Of a stretch of 64,000 nt of DNA, positions 1 to 12,829 are shown in pieces. The stretch's first letter is position 1. Each line of letters opens with the position of its first letter. The position numbers were made by a program, and so were the translations under genes. Under the pieces are notes generated by a model, which had not been told where the DNA came from, made no database searches, and saw nothing but the letters and a program-made list of their open reading frames with translations. Source of the stretch: Moniliella sp. 'wahieum' (Eukaryota); assembly GCA_003971905.1 (NCBI GenBank), contig RSEE01000028.1:558001-622000 (forward strand), given 5' to 3'.

Positions 1-905
1 TGTGCTGAACGTAGGCATATGCTGAGAACGTCTGAACGATGTGTCCCTTTGAGAACGTTCAAGCTCTTGAAGAGCGCAATACGCACACGCGATAATCTCA
101 GTATTCAAGTTCACTACTGCATGCATAGTATGTCGGCACTCCATGTATTCGTATGCTCAAGATGCGAGGGGGACTAGAAAGGGCAGAGCGACCTACTAAT
201 CGTCCTTAGCTATACACACCTATTCATGCACCTCATCTGCCCAGGGTGTGCACAGCTTAGAATCGCAGTCAGCGCAGATTTGCGTCTTGGGGGACTCTCC
301 ACCATATCTCGCTCTGGAGCGCTGAGGCGTTGAAACGAGAGGGTCCGAAAAAATCAATGTCAAACATATATGCTGCCCCTACGGAGATGGAGGCAGGCAT
401 GCGTCCTGCTGCTACCGCATGGAATTGCTGGCGCCGGTTGGTCCGTCTGTAGGACGTTGTTGGCCCACCGCAAAAGCTCCTACACAGTGATACAAAGCAT
501 GGTGCCATGTGTAGCGTATGTGCAAAAGGCTGTCTACTCGATATATATATAGCCGACGATGCAATTCATTAATTGCGGCCGCAGTAACCACGGAGCATGT
601 AATAACCAGCAAAACCGACACTGTTATAACATGGTAAAAAATCCACATTTTGTAAAGTAAAAATCATCGGAGAGCTGCGGAGATCCGCCATCGCATGTAC
701 ACGTTACACGCAGGCCACACTACTCAGGAAGACCCCAGTCATCTCGATGTGGCCCCGCGTCTGTCTCACTATATGCAGGTCCTAGTAGGCATGAGATATG
801 CATGCAATACTCATATGCCACCTTCCCCATACTGCTATTATATAAAAGAGTATATATAAGCGAGATGATCGACGTCCTAGAATGCCGACACCAACATCTT
901 GATAC

Positions 906-2350
906 TATGCGTACTGCCCTCGCTTCCTGTACGCCCTAACAAAAGAGAGTTGCCCCACAAATTGATCGTCACCGAGAAAGAAAGGAGGGCCACACATAAC
1001 CATCGATTTGTCATCCAACCCACACCAACGCCGAAAATAATGTTTGTGTAGTAGCTGGGCTAAATCCCACTGGGCCGACGAGGCAACTATTGTTAAGGAG
1101 ATGAGAAACTATTGTTAAGGAGATGAGAGGCATCGGATAATCCTTTGAGGAGTGAGAAGCCACAAGCTTTAGCCATTGAATACTGCTGAAGGAGGAGTGG
1201 AATGGAGGATGTGGTTCTGAGGAGAGGTACAGGAGGCTATGAGAAGGGTAGGGCCTTATATAGACGAGGGTACCGCGGAGCTGAGGAAGCTTCCGGGCGG
1301 ATAAGAGGGGTGATGACTATCACGCAGGATGGCATGATTGGGGCATCGCCCCAAACATGTTGTGGCAAAAAGAACGAAGGGAAGACTGGAGAGTTTAGGT
1401 GATGAGACCTGGAGTCCTGATGCACTGATGATCCTCGAGGGTAATGCAATCGCACTGGTAATGGCGGCAGTCTAAGTCAGCCAGCAACGCCTACTTGGTA
1501 GTGCAGAGGAACATCAAACAGATACAGTCGCCACCAGGGCTAGTAGGCTGCGGAACAAAAGGAAAACACAGAAGCGAGAGAAACAACGCGGAGAACTCCT
1601 ATTACCCCTGGGGAGGGACTGAAGTGCCGTTGGCCAAAATTCACACGAGAACCACCCGCGATGGCTACATTGAGCGAGAAGACGAAAAGGCGAAGGAAGA
1701 GTACCAAGAACGGGACCATCGATCCGTCTCTCGCTTGTTTATTATTCTGAACCTCGTGTCCAGCCCCCCAAAACTCCACCTAGACACACCATACTAGAGT
1801 GCCACCAATGGCACTATAGGCGACTGCCAGGGAGGTTCGGCCAGAGGACAACAATAGAAAATGCATCGTCCGGGGTCTATCATTTTGAGCAAGTGTGCTG
1901 TGATCCCGATGCTGTGGTATAGTATACTATCGCTGATCCTGATGAAGCGACCTTTGCGGTTGTACTTAAAAACCATCCACGTTCGCGGTCTCTGTCAGAA
2001 CCAAGGCTATAGCGTACTGTATATTCTGTCTGCATTTCAAGCTTTTAGCACTTCTGAGCTTTGGTCAATGTTCGCCATCATATATGAGAACTGATTAATG
2101 ATTGGTGGTGGGTCTGTTGTATTATACTTGTATTTATAGGACAGCAGCATGTTGATGCCCCATCATCGGGTTCAGTCTGAGCCATTCTTCTACACGGCGG
2201 TCTCCCATGTCATCGTTTGGCTGATCTCGCACTCCCATTTCCAACTTCTTCTCGTCCCAAGAAGCGCTTAGCTCTTTCCCTGTGTTCTTCTGCTTTTTCG
2301 CACCGCCTGCCTCTGTTTTCTCGTCTTCCCAAGAACGATTGTTACACATC
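906..2350 (-). CDS. Possible fragmented membrane-protein gene, unidentified
   Basis: Several hydrophobic minus-strand peptides are separated by frame breaks, for example VPFLVLFLRLFVFSLNVAIAGG near 1640-1720 and TNIIFGVGVGWMTNRWLCVALLSFSVTINLWGNSLLLGAYRK near 910-1050. No family motif was recognised and the boundaries are guesses. Confidence 0.2.
1085..1128. repeat. Perfect 22-bp tandem duplication (AACTATTGTTAAGGAGATGAGA)x2
   Basis: Read directly at 1085-1106 and 1107-1128. Confidence 0.9.
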
Positions 2351-3874
2351 CCTTGACTACCGTATCACTCTGGTCTCCCTCGCCTTTAGCCCTGATTGCG
2401 ACTACTAGACCTCGGTTATCGGTACTGCGGTTTCCACGGCTAGACCTTGTGTACCTGAGAGGTCAATCACAACGGAAAAATCGTATGCACACAATAGGAG
2501 TGGAGTGAGACAGCGGTACTATTACGAATTGGAATCCGCCGGCTGTCGAGAACGCGGTAGACGTGCCAATGCCCTGGCCCGACGCGTCATGACGTGCATC
2601 AGGCAGTAATGCAGCGAGGGCAGAATCTCAGGCAGCCAACTATCGATCATACGTACTATGTGTCGTAAATCGTCCCCACAGCCCTATATAATTAACGGTT
2701 CTCACGTTTGCCGCTTATCGATTCACGTTTTAAAGCGTGTAAAAAACGTTAACGTGTTTAACCGACCCGAACGAGTCATTTTCGCACTATACAACAGTCA
2801 ACCCACGCACACGTACACCACCGAGAGGATAACTATGCAGACTACTATTATATGTGGGCCACAGCAGTGGGGAGTACGGTGAGTGGCGATGAGTACTGGG
2901 TACTCATCAGACTGAGTTCCTACCAACTCCGACTGCTAGATATCCTCGAAAAATGTGGAGCTGGCGCCGATGTACTGGTGGTTTTGCACTGGCCTTGAAG
3001 AGGATGTATAGCACGAGGGGCGGCGGCTGCTGATGAGATTATATATACCTCAGTTACCCCCCCCCCCCCCGTTGCCGTTTGTGAGAGAGTATAGTAGAAA
3101 GACTGTGTGTGGATGTGCAAGTGCCACATATCAAAGGGAACTTCTGCCATCTTCGTCTCTTGCATCATGTTGCATCATACTCCCTTGGGACACTAGTTGT
3201 CGGCAGGGTGGTGCTCGCATGGCGGCGGCTGGTTAGCCATGAGCGCTGGGCGTGCCATGGTGCGTAAGCACCATTAGTCGCGCCGTCACGCGCACCAACC
3301 TGTCGACTGCTCTCAGGCCGATGCTGGTCTCGATCGTCCGGCCCCACTGGAGAGACAAAATGGGTGGCGAGCACAGGCGCTGCGTGTTGGATGCATGTAC
3401 GTAATCACAGCGGCGATTAATGACGTCGGTGGCAGGCGGGCAGTTGCGCACGTTGGGCCTGGGGCGGGGAATATTGAGGGCGCCGCAGGGTCTGAGATGT
3501 GCCTGTTTCGATCGCCCGCACTGTTCACGTTGGGCAGCGTTGCTTGCTGGCCTTGCGAGTCGGCCGACTGGGAGCAGCAGACGTTGCCTGTGGGCGCCGA
3601 CACGCGCTCTACCGTCATCGCAACACCACAGCTCCACCTCCATTCACCCAGTACCTTGGCGCTGCTGAGGGTCTGGCTCCCTGGCCTTGCTGCCCTCTGC
3701 TGTCTCGCCCCTCGCCCCTCGCACCTCGCATCTGGCATCTGGCATCTGTGCACCGCGCATCCGACACCCGGCGTCTGTGCCATTGGGTTCTGTTCACTGG
3801 CCTCTGTCCACTGGGCTTTGCCTTCTGGCCGCCGACCTCTGGCTCGGAATTCCGCCTCTCCACCTCCATTCGCC

Positions 3875-5858
3875 ATGCACGGCTCAAGCGCCAGCGCCAG
3901 GTCAAGCTCCAGTCCTAGTCCTGGAAACGCTGCTGGCGCCACCAGCCCCAATACACTACTGCCCCCCATTGCCGCGCTCTTCCCTCCCCCTACTACGCAT
4001 CCGCCCCTTCTCGCTCGGTCCCCGTCCCCGTCGCCTATGGCCAACTCCGTCCATCATGCGGAATCAAGTCCCGTCGTACCATCTCACTCAATAACCCTTC
4101 CACCTCTAGCTCCGAGCGTGCTTCATTCACTCATTTGGTTCTCTGAGTTCCTGGCCCTCTCGGCCAGTAGCTTCTCGTCCTCGGCGTCACTCCCTGTACG
4201 CCCCAAGCTTAGTTCGGTCCGAACATCGAGTCCAAACGCGGCGAACTGGTCCAGTAATTCGTCTGAATTGCTGCAGCGTCCTGTATCTCGGAGCCATCTG
4301 GCTCCGCCTGTACCGGCTGATCAGCCTACGCCTGAATCCCTTCTGCTTAATGCTCCGGGATTATCCCCACATCAATCACTCACTGAATCCCCCCTTCCTG
4401 ATGCAACAGCAACCACAAATTCTAGTTCGGGTGAGGGCTACTCCAACTCTTTCAGGCTCAAGCGAATCCGCTTCCACTTTCCCCCCCGTCCACATACCGA
4501 ACAAGAGATTTATTTTTGCGGCGCAGCCTCAGCGAAGGGAACTGAGTACCAGTGCGCCTCCGCCCTTAATGCCCAGAGGATATCATCCTTCTGGCATCAA
4601 CCTCAGCGCCGTCGAGCAGCATGACCTCATTTCTCCCGAGGGAGGACTGTCTCAGCCTGTGTATCCGCCATCTGCAAGACCAAGGCTCTCTAACCCCACC
4701 CAGTACAGCCTAATTGGCCAGACGCAGAGTACATCTCACCCACATCGTCCACCATGCCGGCCTTCCCAAGGATTGGGGGTGCCTCTATCTCGTTCTGCTG
4801 GATCAAATTTGGAGCCTGACTCGACAAGGGGAGAGGAGAGGGAAGGCGGCGTTTGCCCCCCTAGACTCTTGTTCCCCGACGCCCCATGACCTCGTTGCCA
4901 TCTCAACATTCGGTCTCTTTGCCTAGCATGATGGCCACGCCAATCTCTCCCCCAACTCGCGCATCTCCCTCGACACAAATGCACCAGCGCCAACTGGTCT
5001 TCCCCTAAATGAAGAACCATTGCTGGGCCTGCAGCGTCTGACCCTCAGTCTTTATGGGTACGGGAACTCCCCGAACTCCCCATCAAACCACGTATCCGTC
5101 CCAGTCATCCAGGGGTCTTCCAGGACCTGACTTGAGGCCATCACCCTCCGGTCTCCACCTCTCTAAGAATTCTGGCACCACGACTGCAAGTGGTGAGCCC
5201 GATATGCTTCAGCCCAGCCAGACTGCTATGCACACCTCTATTTCGGGTCCTTCGGGGGGCTCAGATTCGGGTGGAAGAGGGGTATGAGCAACCTCGGACT
5301 GGGCGAACAACGAAGCGAGCCAGGCGAGGTGGAGGGAGGAACATGCATTCTAGCTCCTCTGCTACCTCCCTGCCTACTGGAGGGAAGAAAAAGCTAGGCC
5401 GGCCCCGCAACCAGTCGGGACCGGCAGCTGACCATCCTGTCAGGCCAAGATGGGGGAGGGGCCGGTGGGACGCGCTCGTCCGCGAGAAAAACGTCGCCCT
5501 CTGCCCCAGGCTCGTCCCAAGCTGAGATGGGAGCCGATCCAGCTGCTTCGGGTGACGGGGACAAGGAAGCAACCCCAACACCTGCGACTAGTATCTGCAC
5601 CTACCTCCACCCCTGACGGGAGCTTACTGTGGCACACACTGCAATCGTCTCTATGACCTAGTCCGCCACCGTCAGATCCATGCCCGAGACGAGCTAAGGG
5701 CGATCGAGTCAGGAGCCCTCGCCCCCGAGCAAGCGCTCATCTGGGGCAAAGAGGTAGATCCGGCCTCTTCAGTATCAACAAGGTATGGATGTGCGACTGT
5801 GGTAGCGTCTTCTCCCGCAAAGATGCTGCTGCGCCACAAACGGCTTCGGGGTCACTGA
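3875..5858 (+). CDS. C2H2 zinc-finger transcription factor, Rpn4-like fingers (frameshifted)
   Basis: A long Ser/Pro-rich N-terminus starts MHGSSASARSSSSP. Joining frames at 5590-5858 gives ICTYLHPDG.YCGTHCNRLYDLVRHRQIHARDE...WGKEVD...VWMCDCGSVFSRKDA.LRHKRLRGH*. The YDLxRH..IH and FSRKDALxRH motifs resemble Rpn4-type fingers. Confidence 0.75.
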
Positions 5859-7194
5859 TCATCGATCAGTACTCAGTTCAGTACCACGCGCCACCTGGCT
5901 TTACCAAGTTTACTGGCGCTGTACCGGCCGTTTCTGTGGTATGCCCATGCTTCCGTTTTGGCTTATTTACTGGTGTTACCTAAACGCCCTCAATCCCTCG
6001 CCGCTTGTGCCCATTGTAGTCCCTGTTGTCGCGTCTTCCTTCCCGTTCTCGCATTTTGGTTTTTCTTTCTGTCACGGCGGCTGCACTCAAGCTCAAGGCG
6101 CTCAAGGCGTTATCTATTTGCACAATGAAGCTCCCAACTGGAATACTCAGACTATGGGTATGTTTACCGGTGGGGTCTTTCCGGAAAGATGTCTCCAAGC
6201 AAGGTGGCCGGCCTGAAGCTTGAAGGCTGGCCTGATGGGTAGATGTGTTCCACGTTTACCGCGCCCAACCCGCTGTTCCTTCTAAGAACAGCCCCTAGAC
6301 GTATCGGAGTGTTGTGCATGCATGGGGGATATCTGGCATGATGTATAACTCGCATCATGATGCATGGGCAAGGAGTAGCAGAGCACAGGCCAGGACGGCT
6401 GCTATTATTTAAGGGGGTGTGGCACGCGCCCTCTGCCACAATATGAAAAATGGCAAAGTGAAAAGATTCCGTGAGGTTAGGTGGCGTAGCTATAATGGTT
6501 TTAGACGCCATCCCTTTTAGTTTTGGCTGCCTCCTGTCCGTTTCTTGGATGGCCGGCGGGGAGTGTTCCGACTGAGCACAGAGAGGAAAGGGGCGGGAAG
6601 AGGGGTAGACGCGGGTGGTGGAATGAGCTTCGGCGCTGCACCACCAAGCCTCGGGACGCCGGCACGTGCTGGATTGGAGGGACTGCCACTGCGAAACCAA
6701 CGCAGCCAGCCTTGCCGCCACCCACTCCTTTCCATTCACAATTAAGCAGTCGGCGCCGCTCCGACGTTTTAACGTTCAGTTCAACGTTCAACGTACGTTC
6801 AAGCTGAAAGCTCCAATACAAGCTTTCGCGGTTTGTCCCATTTCGAAATGTACGTGTGAATCTCTGCTTTTGCTTTCCTCCACCGCCACCCACCCACACT
6901 CTCCAAGTTGCCCGCATCCACACCCCCGCCCCCCCTCCAACTCTCACCCATCCACTAAATTGCGCTACTCCCAATGTACCGTACCCGTCTCCCTCGCGGG
7001 GCCGCGTCCCGCAGGTTTGATCATGTATGTATTGGTATCTCTCGGATCTGGTATCAGGGCTTTGGCGTGGGCCCCTGTGCAGGTTCTGGGCTTGTACCAT
7101 CAGGCACCCTAAGTTTGGTATAGGGGTGCTGCCCTTGCCGGCTTGGTGTGCGCTACTGACATATCTATTCTTGGTCTATTAGGTCACATTTAGC

Positions 7195-8865
7195 ATGAAT
7201 AGCAGTGACAACACGATGCCCGAAGCACGGCAGGCCCACCTCGCGGCTGCTGGCCAAGTATACTGATCTATTCACCATCTCCCCCTCCCAGCTGCAAGAC
7301 ATTACTCGCAATTTTGTCGATGTCTTGCAGAACGGGCTGGACAAGCACGAACAGACGGTTCGCATGTTTGCCACCTACGTCTTTGGGTTCCCATCCGGGC
7401 AAGAAGAGGGCAAGTATCTTGCTCTGGACCTAGGTGGGACCAACCTGCGCGTCTGTCTTGTTGAACTTCACGGTAATCGCACATTTCAAGTGACACAGTC
7501 CAAGTTCAAGCTCACCGAGGAGCAGAAGCATTGCGAAGGTTCTGAGCTGTTCGACTTTTGTGCCCAGTGCCTCGGTACCTTTGTCGATGAGACCATCCCC
7601 ACAAGGCCGATGGTTCTTTAAACATCGAACACCGCATCCCTCTCGGATTTACTTTCTCCTACCCCATGGAGCAGGAACGGATTGATCATGGCGAGTTGGT
7701 GCGCTGGACCAAAGGGTTTGGCAATCCCAACACGGAGAACCAAGATGTGGCTGCTCTCTTCCGGGACTCACTTACCAAGTAAACATTCCTATCCGTCTCA
7801 CATCGCTCATCAATGACACCACCGGTACGTTGATTGCATCTCATTATACCAACCCGGATGTGAAGATCGCCTGCATTTTTGGCACAGGGTGCAACGCGGC
7901 CTATATGGAGCACGTGCAGGACATTCCCAAATTTACCAAGGACCACCCTGAAGTGAGTCTAGATGACGAGATGGCAATTAACTGTGAGTATGGTGCGTTT
8001 GACTCCTACCACCCCAAGTTCCTGCCACGGACCAAGTACGACGAAATGATCGACATGTCATCCAACAAGCCGACACGCAAGTGTACGAGAAGATGATTGC
8101 CGGCCTTTACCTCGGTGAAATCTTCCGTCTCTGCATGACCGAGATGGTCGATGAGGGATCGTTATTTGTCGGCCAGAACACATACAAAATCGAGTCCCAT
8201 TTGTGTTTGATACTGCGTTCCTCTCCCTCATGGAGGCCGATCGAACATCCGAGTTGCTTACCATCACTGGCCTCTTTGTTCACTTTTTTGGGTTGGAGAC
8301 CACCTTGGCTGAACGCCAGTTCCTTCGCAACTTGGCCAAACTAATTGGTACTCGCTCCGCACGGCTGTCAGCATGCGGGATCGCCGCCCTAGTCACCAAG
8401 ATGGGATACATTGAGGAAGGGTGTGGGGTAGGAGCAGACGGAAGCCTGTTCACCAAGTACCCTGGCTTTCCCGAACGCATCTCTCAAGCTCTCGTTGATA
8501 TCTTTGGTGAGCCAGGACGAAAGATCAAGCTGCACCAGGCAGAGGATGGCTCTGGTGTTGGCTCTGCCATCATTGCAGCCATGACCAAGAGCCGCAAGGA
8601 CCAGGGCAAGTACGACAACTGTAAGACGGCCTTGGACGATAATTGCTTTCTGCCTTGTCTCTCTATCCTGGCTCCTCCTCACCCAACTTTTCCTCCATCT
8701 CTCTTTTCACTCATTCATTCTGATCCTTTCTTGTCCGCACCCGCAAACTTATACCGCTACCATTACGATTCCCCGCGCCCCATTGGACCCCCTTGTGGGC
8801 TTGTGGCCTTCAAAGTGGGCCCCCCTCGCGCATATCCTCACCCCTCTCTTCCACATCCAGTGTGA
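7195..8865 (+). CDS. HXK: Hexokinase (frameshifted; probable 5'UTR intron ending at 7182 and terminal intron 8621-8860)
   Basis: Motifs seen: YLALDLGGTNLRVCLV, LGFTFSYP, RWTKGF, LINDTTGT, CIFGTGCNAAYME, INCEYGAFD, YEKMIAGLYLGEIFRL, ADGSLFTKYP and AEDGSGVGSAIIAAM. A GTAAGA donor at 8621 and a CAG acceptor at 8860 give ...YDNL*. Confidence 0.95.
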
Positions 8866-9690
8866 GAGTTGTTTCACGACGATCTTCCATCCCTTTGGCG
8901 TTTTGGTTACATGATCGAGGTTGTTGCCCCACCTACCTGTTGTCGAGATCACAATTTCAATTTCCTTCGTTCGGCTCAACTTCAAGACAACGTTGATGGT
9001 ACTTTCGCTACGCTTTATTCCACACTTTCGTACCTCTCGCCCGACCGATTGACCGATCAGTGAGCAGATAGCATAGGCGGTAAACTGACGGTACGTCGTC
9101 GTCGGGGATCTAGGCGGCCACTAGCACGCACTACCAAAATCTGAGAGTAGTAAATATAAACGCTGTCCCCGATGTCCGACCACACTAACAGCGGTGACAG
9201 ACGATGCTGGCGGCACCGGGGGCAACCCATGAGCCAAAGGTCTGGAGCCACCGCCAAAATCTCAGCATTAAGTTCGCCCCTCTCCGCCTGCGGGGATTGA
9301 GACCAGGGAGCGATAGGCGCCACGAAAGGAGCCCAAAAATTCGGGAGAGGCTCATACAAAGTGTGCTCAGGAAGTTTGCGGGGGCGGCCACGGCGAGCGT
9401 TATAGGACAATGCTGAGAAGGAAATTTGTATCATCACTCCTACGTGTAATGATATACCTATCGGGCGTGCGAGGGACAATGCAAGGCTCTTCTGCGATGG
9501 CCAATGGACGAAGGTGCAGAAATGGTGGTGGCACATACATCGGACGCAAGATCGGTGGTCTGGCGGTTGACTAGCGGGCAAAAACCTGTTACGGGTTTGT
9601 TATAGGTGTTGACGCTGACGCTTTGGAGATCGGTTCAATTAGATAATCAACTAACTTGTGTGGAGTTATGACAGCAACTCATTACGTAGT

Positions 9691-9788
9691 GCTCTGATCT
9701 TCCAGTGGTTAGGAAGTAGGATTTTGAATCCCTCTGCTAAAGGTGGAAGAAACTTCCTGAAACCTGGGTTCGAATCCCAGTCGGAGCT
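9691..9788 (+). tRNA. tRNA-Gln(UUG) with a 26-nt intron (9728-9753)
   Basis: Acceptor stem GCTCTGA/TCGGAGC, D arm TTCC-AGTGGTTA-GGAA, anticodon stem TAGGA/TCCTG with TTG at 9724-9726, T arm CTGGG-TTCGAAT-CCCAG, discriminator T. A T7 Pol III terminator follows. Confidence 0.9.
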
Positions 9789-9791
9789 AAC

Positions 9792-9798
9792 TTTTTTT
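9792..9798 (+). terminator. RNA polymerase III oligo-T terminator of the tRNA gene
   Basis: A run of 7 T starts a few nt after the discriminator base. Confidence 0.75.
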
Positions 9799-10195
9799 AG
9801 CATGGTTGGCTAATTTTGGCAGGAACTGAGCCTCCCCGTGCAATGGGATGCCATATTTGCTGCTGAGAAACTTATGGGGCATGCTGACGTCATGCACGCC
9901 ATGCACAAGCCAGTTTCATATTTCACACTTGGCTGGCGCGCACCCTGCCTCCAAGGCAGGGTGAGCGATTAAGCCCAGGCAGGAGGTGGCTTATGTAACG
10001 CCTCGGAGGTATCAGTCCAGTGGCGTCCGTTATCTGCGCAGGGGTACGGTCTGGTACGGCCTGGTACGGCGCCTGTGCGTATCGGTAATCACTGCCTTGT
10101 TACCCCTCCCCCTTTCCTCTCTGCGCTCCTCCGCCCTCCTTTTGCCTCCTCAACCACCATCCCCTGCTGTCGGCCCCACAATAAGACGCTTCCTT

Positions 10196-12488
10196 ATGCT
10201 TTCATCCTCCCCCGTACACCCAGCGCGGCTCGTTTTCTCCCCGCCTTCTCATGAAGCTGCGCCTGACGACCTGGCCGAGCCCAGCGACGTGTCGAGCCTT
10301 GGCACATCCGAACTTGACGAGTATGACTTTCTACATGATGTCCTCCCGTCAGACCATGGCTGGGGATCAGAGACCCTGCTCTCTACTTTCCTTTCTGCCC
10401 CTCCCAGTCTACCATCGCCATCGCCAGTACTCGCGCCTGACGTGACCGATAGTCCGTCTGTGCGCCCAACAGTCGGCCCTCAACCGATCTTGATCTATCC
10501 TACACTACACTTTCAGCCGCAGTATCGACATCGGTTGACGTTCTGGACCTACCCCACCATAATTCCGGATTATTTACCTCGACATCTCCTTCTATCGAGG
10601 AGAGCTGGTATGCACCCACATGCACAGGCTTAGCCGGAACGGCTCCCACTCCAGTACAACCGTCAGCACCCCTTGACCGTTCTTGGAACTCGCGTCCCAG
10701 CAAGCTGTTTGACCCTCCATCTCATGAATTTTCTTTCGGGCGCACCCCGACCTATGTCGATGCTCATTTGCATGAGGTGCAGGTTATGGTTCACATTCTG
10801 TCCGCTTCATCGTCTGCTCGGGTTCTTTGCCCCCCGTCGTAGAGGAAATCCAAGCGTCATTGTCCGTGGCTTTCCCAACTCGCAAGGTAAGGCATACACC
10901 CTTCAGCCTTCCTGCAGCGAAGGCATTCCTTTGACTCTATTTACCCCTTTCATCTTTTTTTTTGCTCGCAGGTATCGGTGAATGCTACTACGGGAGTGTC
11001 CCTTCCAAGGGAAAGCAGGACGTTCTTTGTCATTGTGCCATTCACCCGGTGCCCCACCAACCTAACCGTTAATGGCCTTAACTCATTCCCCCCGGAGGCA
11101 ATCGTTCTTCCTGTCGTATTGCCTGACACTGCAAAGGACCAAGACATCTCATTTGTAAAGTGGGAGGAGAATGTTTGCTCAGGTCAGCGTGCCGCATCCA
11201 GTACGCAAGTTGTTGGCACGGTCTTGCCTCCTCTTTGCCTGAATGAGTTTGTCTGCGGAATTCGCCACGCTCATTGTGATCGCCGGGAGTGGGCTGGAAG
11301 GTATGTTTCTCTCAATCCGAGCGGTAAGGTAGGCTCGGTGCAGGCGAACGCTCCAGTCTCGGCAACAGCATCAATCCCTTATGCATCCCCTAACTCGTTG
11401 GTCGCGAAGCCTCAAGTCACAAAAGATGTGCGCGAGAGGGCATGTGCGGTCCAACTTCACTACCACATTTGTTGAACATAATGCAGCCTTTCGGCTGGAT
11501 TGTCTTACTTCTTCTCCCATTGCTAGGCATCGCGATCCAGCTAAGCCCTAGCGCTTGGTCAATGATGTCGTCTTTGTCTACGGCTCAACTGAGGTATTCG
11601 AACAGTGCGGAAGTGGGGCTTTCTCTCGCTTCGTGGGGTCCAAGCGGCATAGCGGTCACACCTACCCAGCCTGGTTCGGCATTGTGGTCCCGTGTTCATC
11701 AGACGCCTTCAAATGCCGTTTTTTCTGACGTGATCCTCTCTCGTCTCTACCAACGCTCGAGTCCCAACGAGTCATCTGTCATTTCTATGTCACCTAGTCC
11801 CACCCCTACAATGATGGACGACTGTGCCACCCACAACAAGGGCCGCATCTTGGCTGCCTCCTCCAAGGAAAACTACAGCACCAGAGCCAAGTTATCTTGC
11901 ACCTTGTACGTTCCCCTTCCATTTGGTAAATGAAGAGGTATTAATACCAGTTTCAGGGTTGGAAGAGAACCTCGAGGAATTCTGGAGCGACTGTGTTGCG
12001 ATGGAATCGGGAGCTCAATGAGTTTGTGATTCAGCTTCAGGAAGAAGGTATCTTGATCCGTGACTTGGTTGCCGAATGGTTCCCTTGCCTGGTCGGGTTC
12101 CTGGGGTGCTCACAGCGGCGGGGGGGGATCGGCTCACAACGTCGTTTCGTCGACGGCAGAGCGAATTCGGGCTCTGTCGACTTCACTGTCCAACTCGGTC
12201 CAACGGGTGACCAAGCAATCCGCCAAGGGAGCTCATACTACCCGTTTAAAGGCACAGAGGGATGCACTGATGTCAGCCCACAAGATCCATCAGATTTTTG
12301 ATGACAGTCTCATCACCTTGAGTCGCACCGCGCACTATGTGCACGATCACACACGCGATATGGATGTCCAAGCCCAGCATTCAGGCCGTTTTGTTGCAAA
12401 GAAGATGCATAGGTCCTTTGACCAAATTTGGTCCTATTCCTGCCGTCATGCCTTCAACGCCTACCGTGCCGTACAGAATTTCGAGTAG
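10196..12488 (+). CDS. Uncharacterised protein with an acidic/Ser-rich N-terminus and one predicted TM segment (frameshifted)
   Basis: Consecutive overlapping plus-strand ORFs begin MLSSSPVHPARLVFSPP. There is a hydrophobic GWIVLLLLPLLGIAIQL segment near 11490-11545 and a helical C-terminal part ending NAYRAVQNFE*. Confidence 0.5.
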
Positions 12489-12829
12489 TGTCGCGGTTTA
12501 CTGGCCACGAGTGCAGAAGAGTACGTGTTTCCCTTTTCTTCCATGCTCAACTAACCCATTCCTCTTTGGTTATTACAGCACACACTTGAGGGGATCCGTC
12601 TGCAATCGGCACCTAACATCTACGTATCTGAGGACCGTTAGTTGGTCCAGCTTTTTGATTTGACGCTTCCGTTTTGATCGCCTGTACTATACTCTCTACT
12701 ATGTTTTTAGCTCGAAAACTGTAAGCCTATTATCCGTAGTTCCGTGAGGTGTATTTGTGGCAAACACGATAGAACAGGACATGGAAAATGCATATACAAC
12801 AGAGCCTTCGCGTGAGGTGGGGCGAGGCT

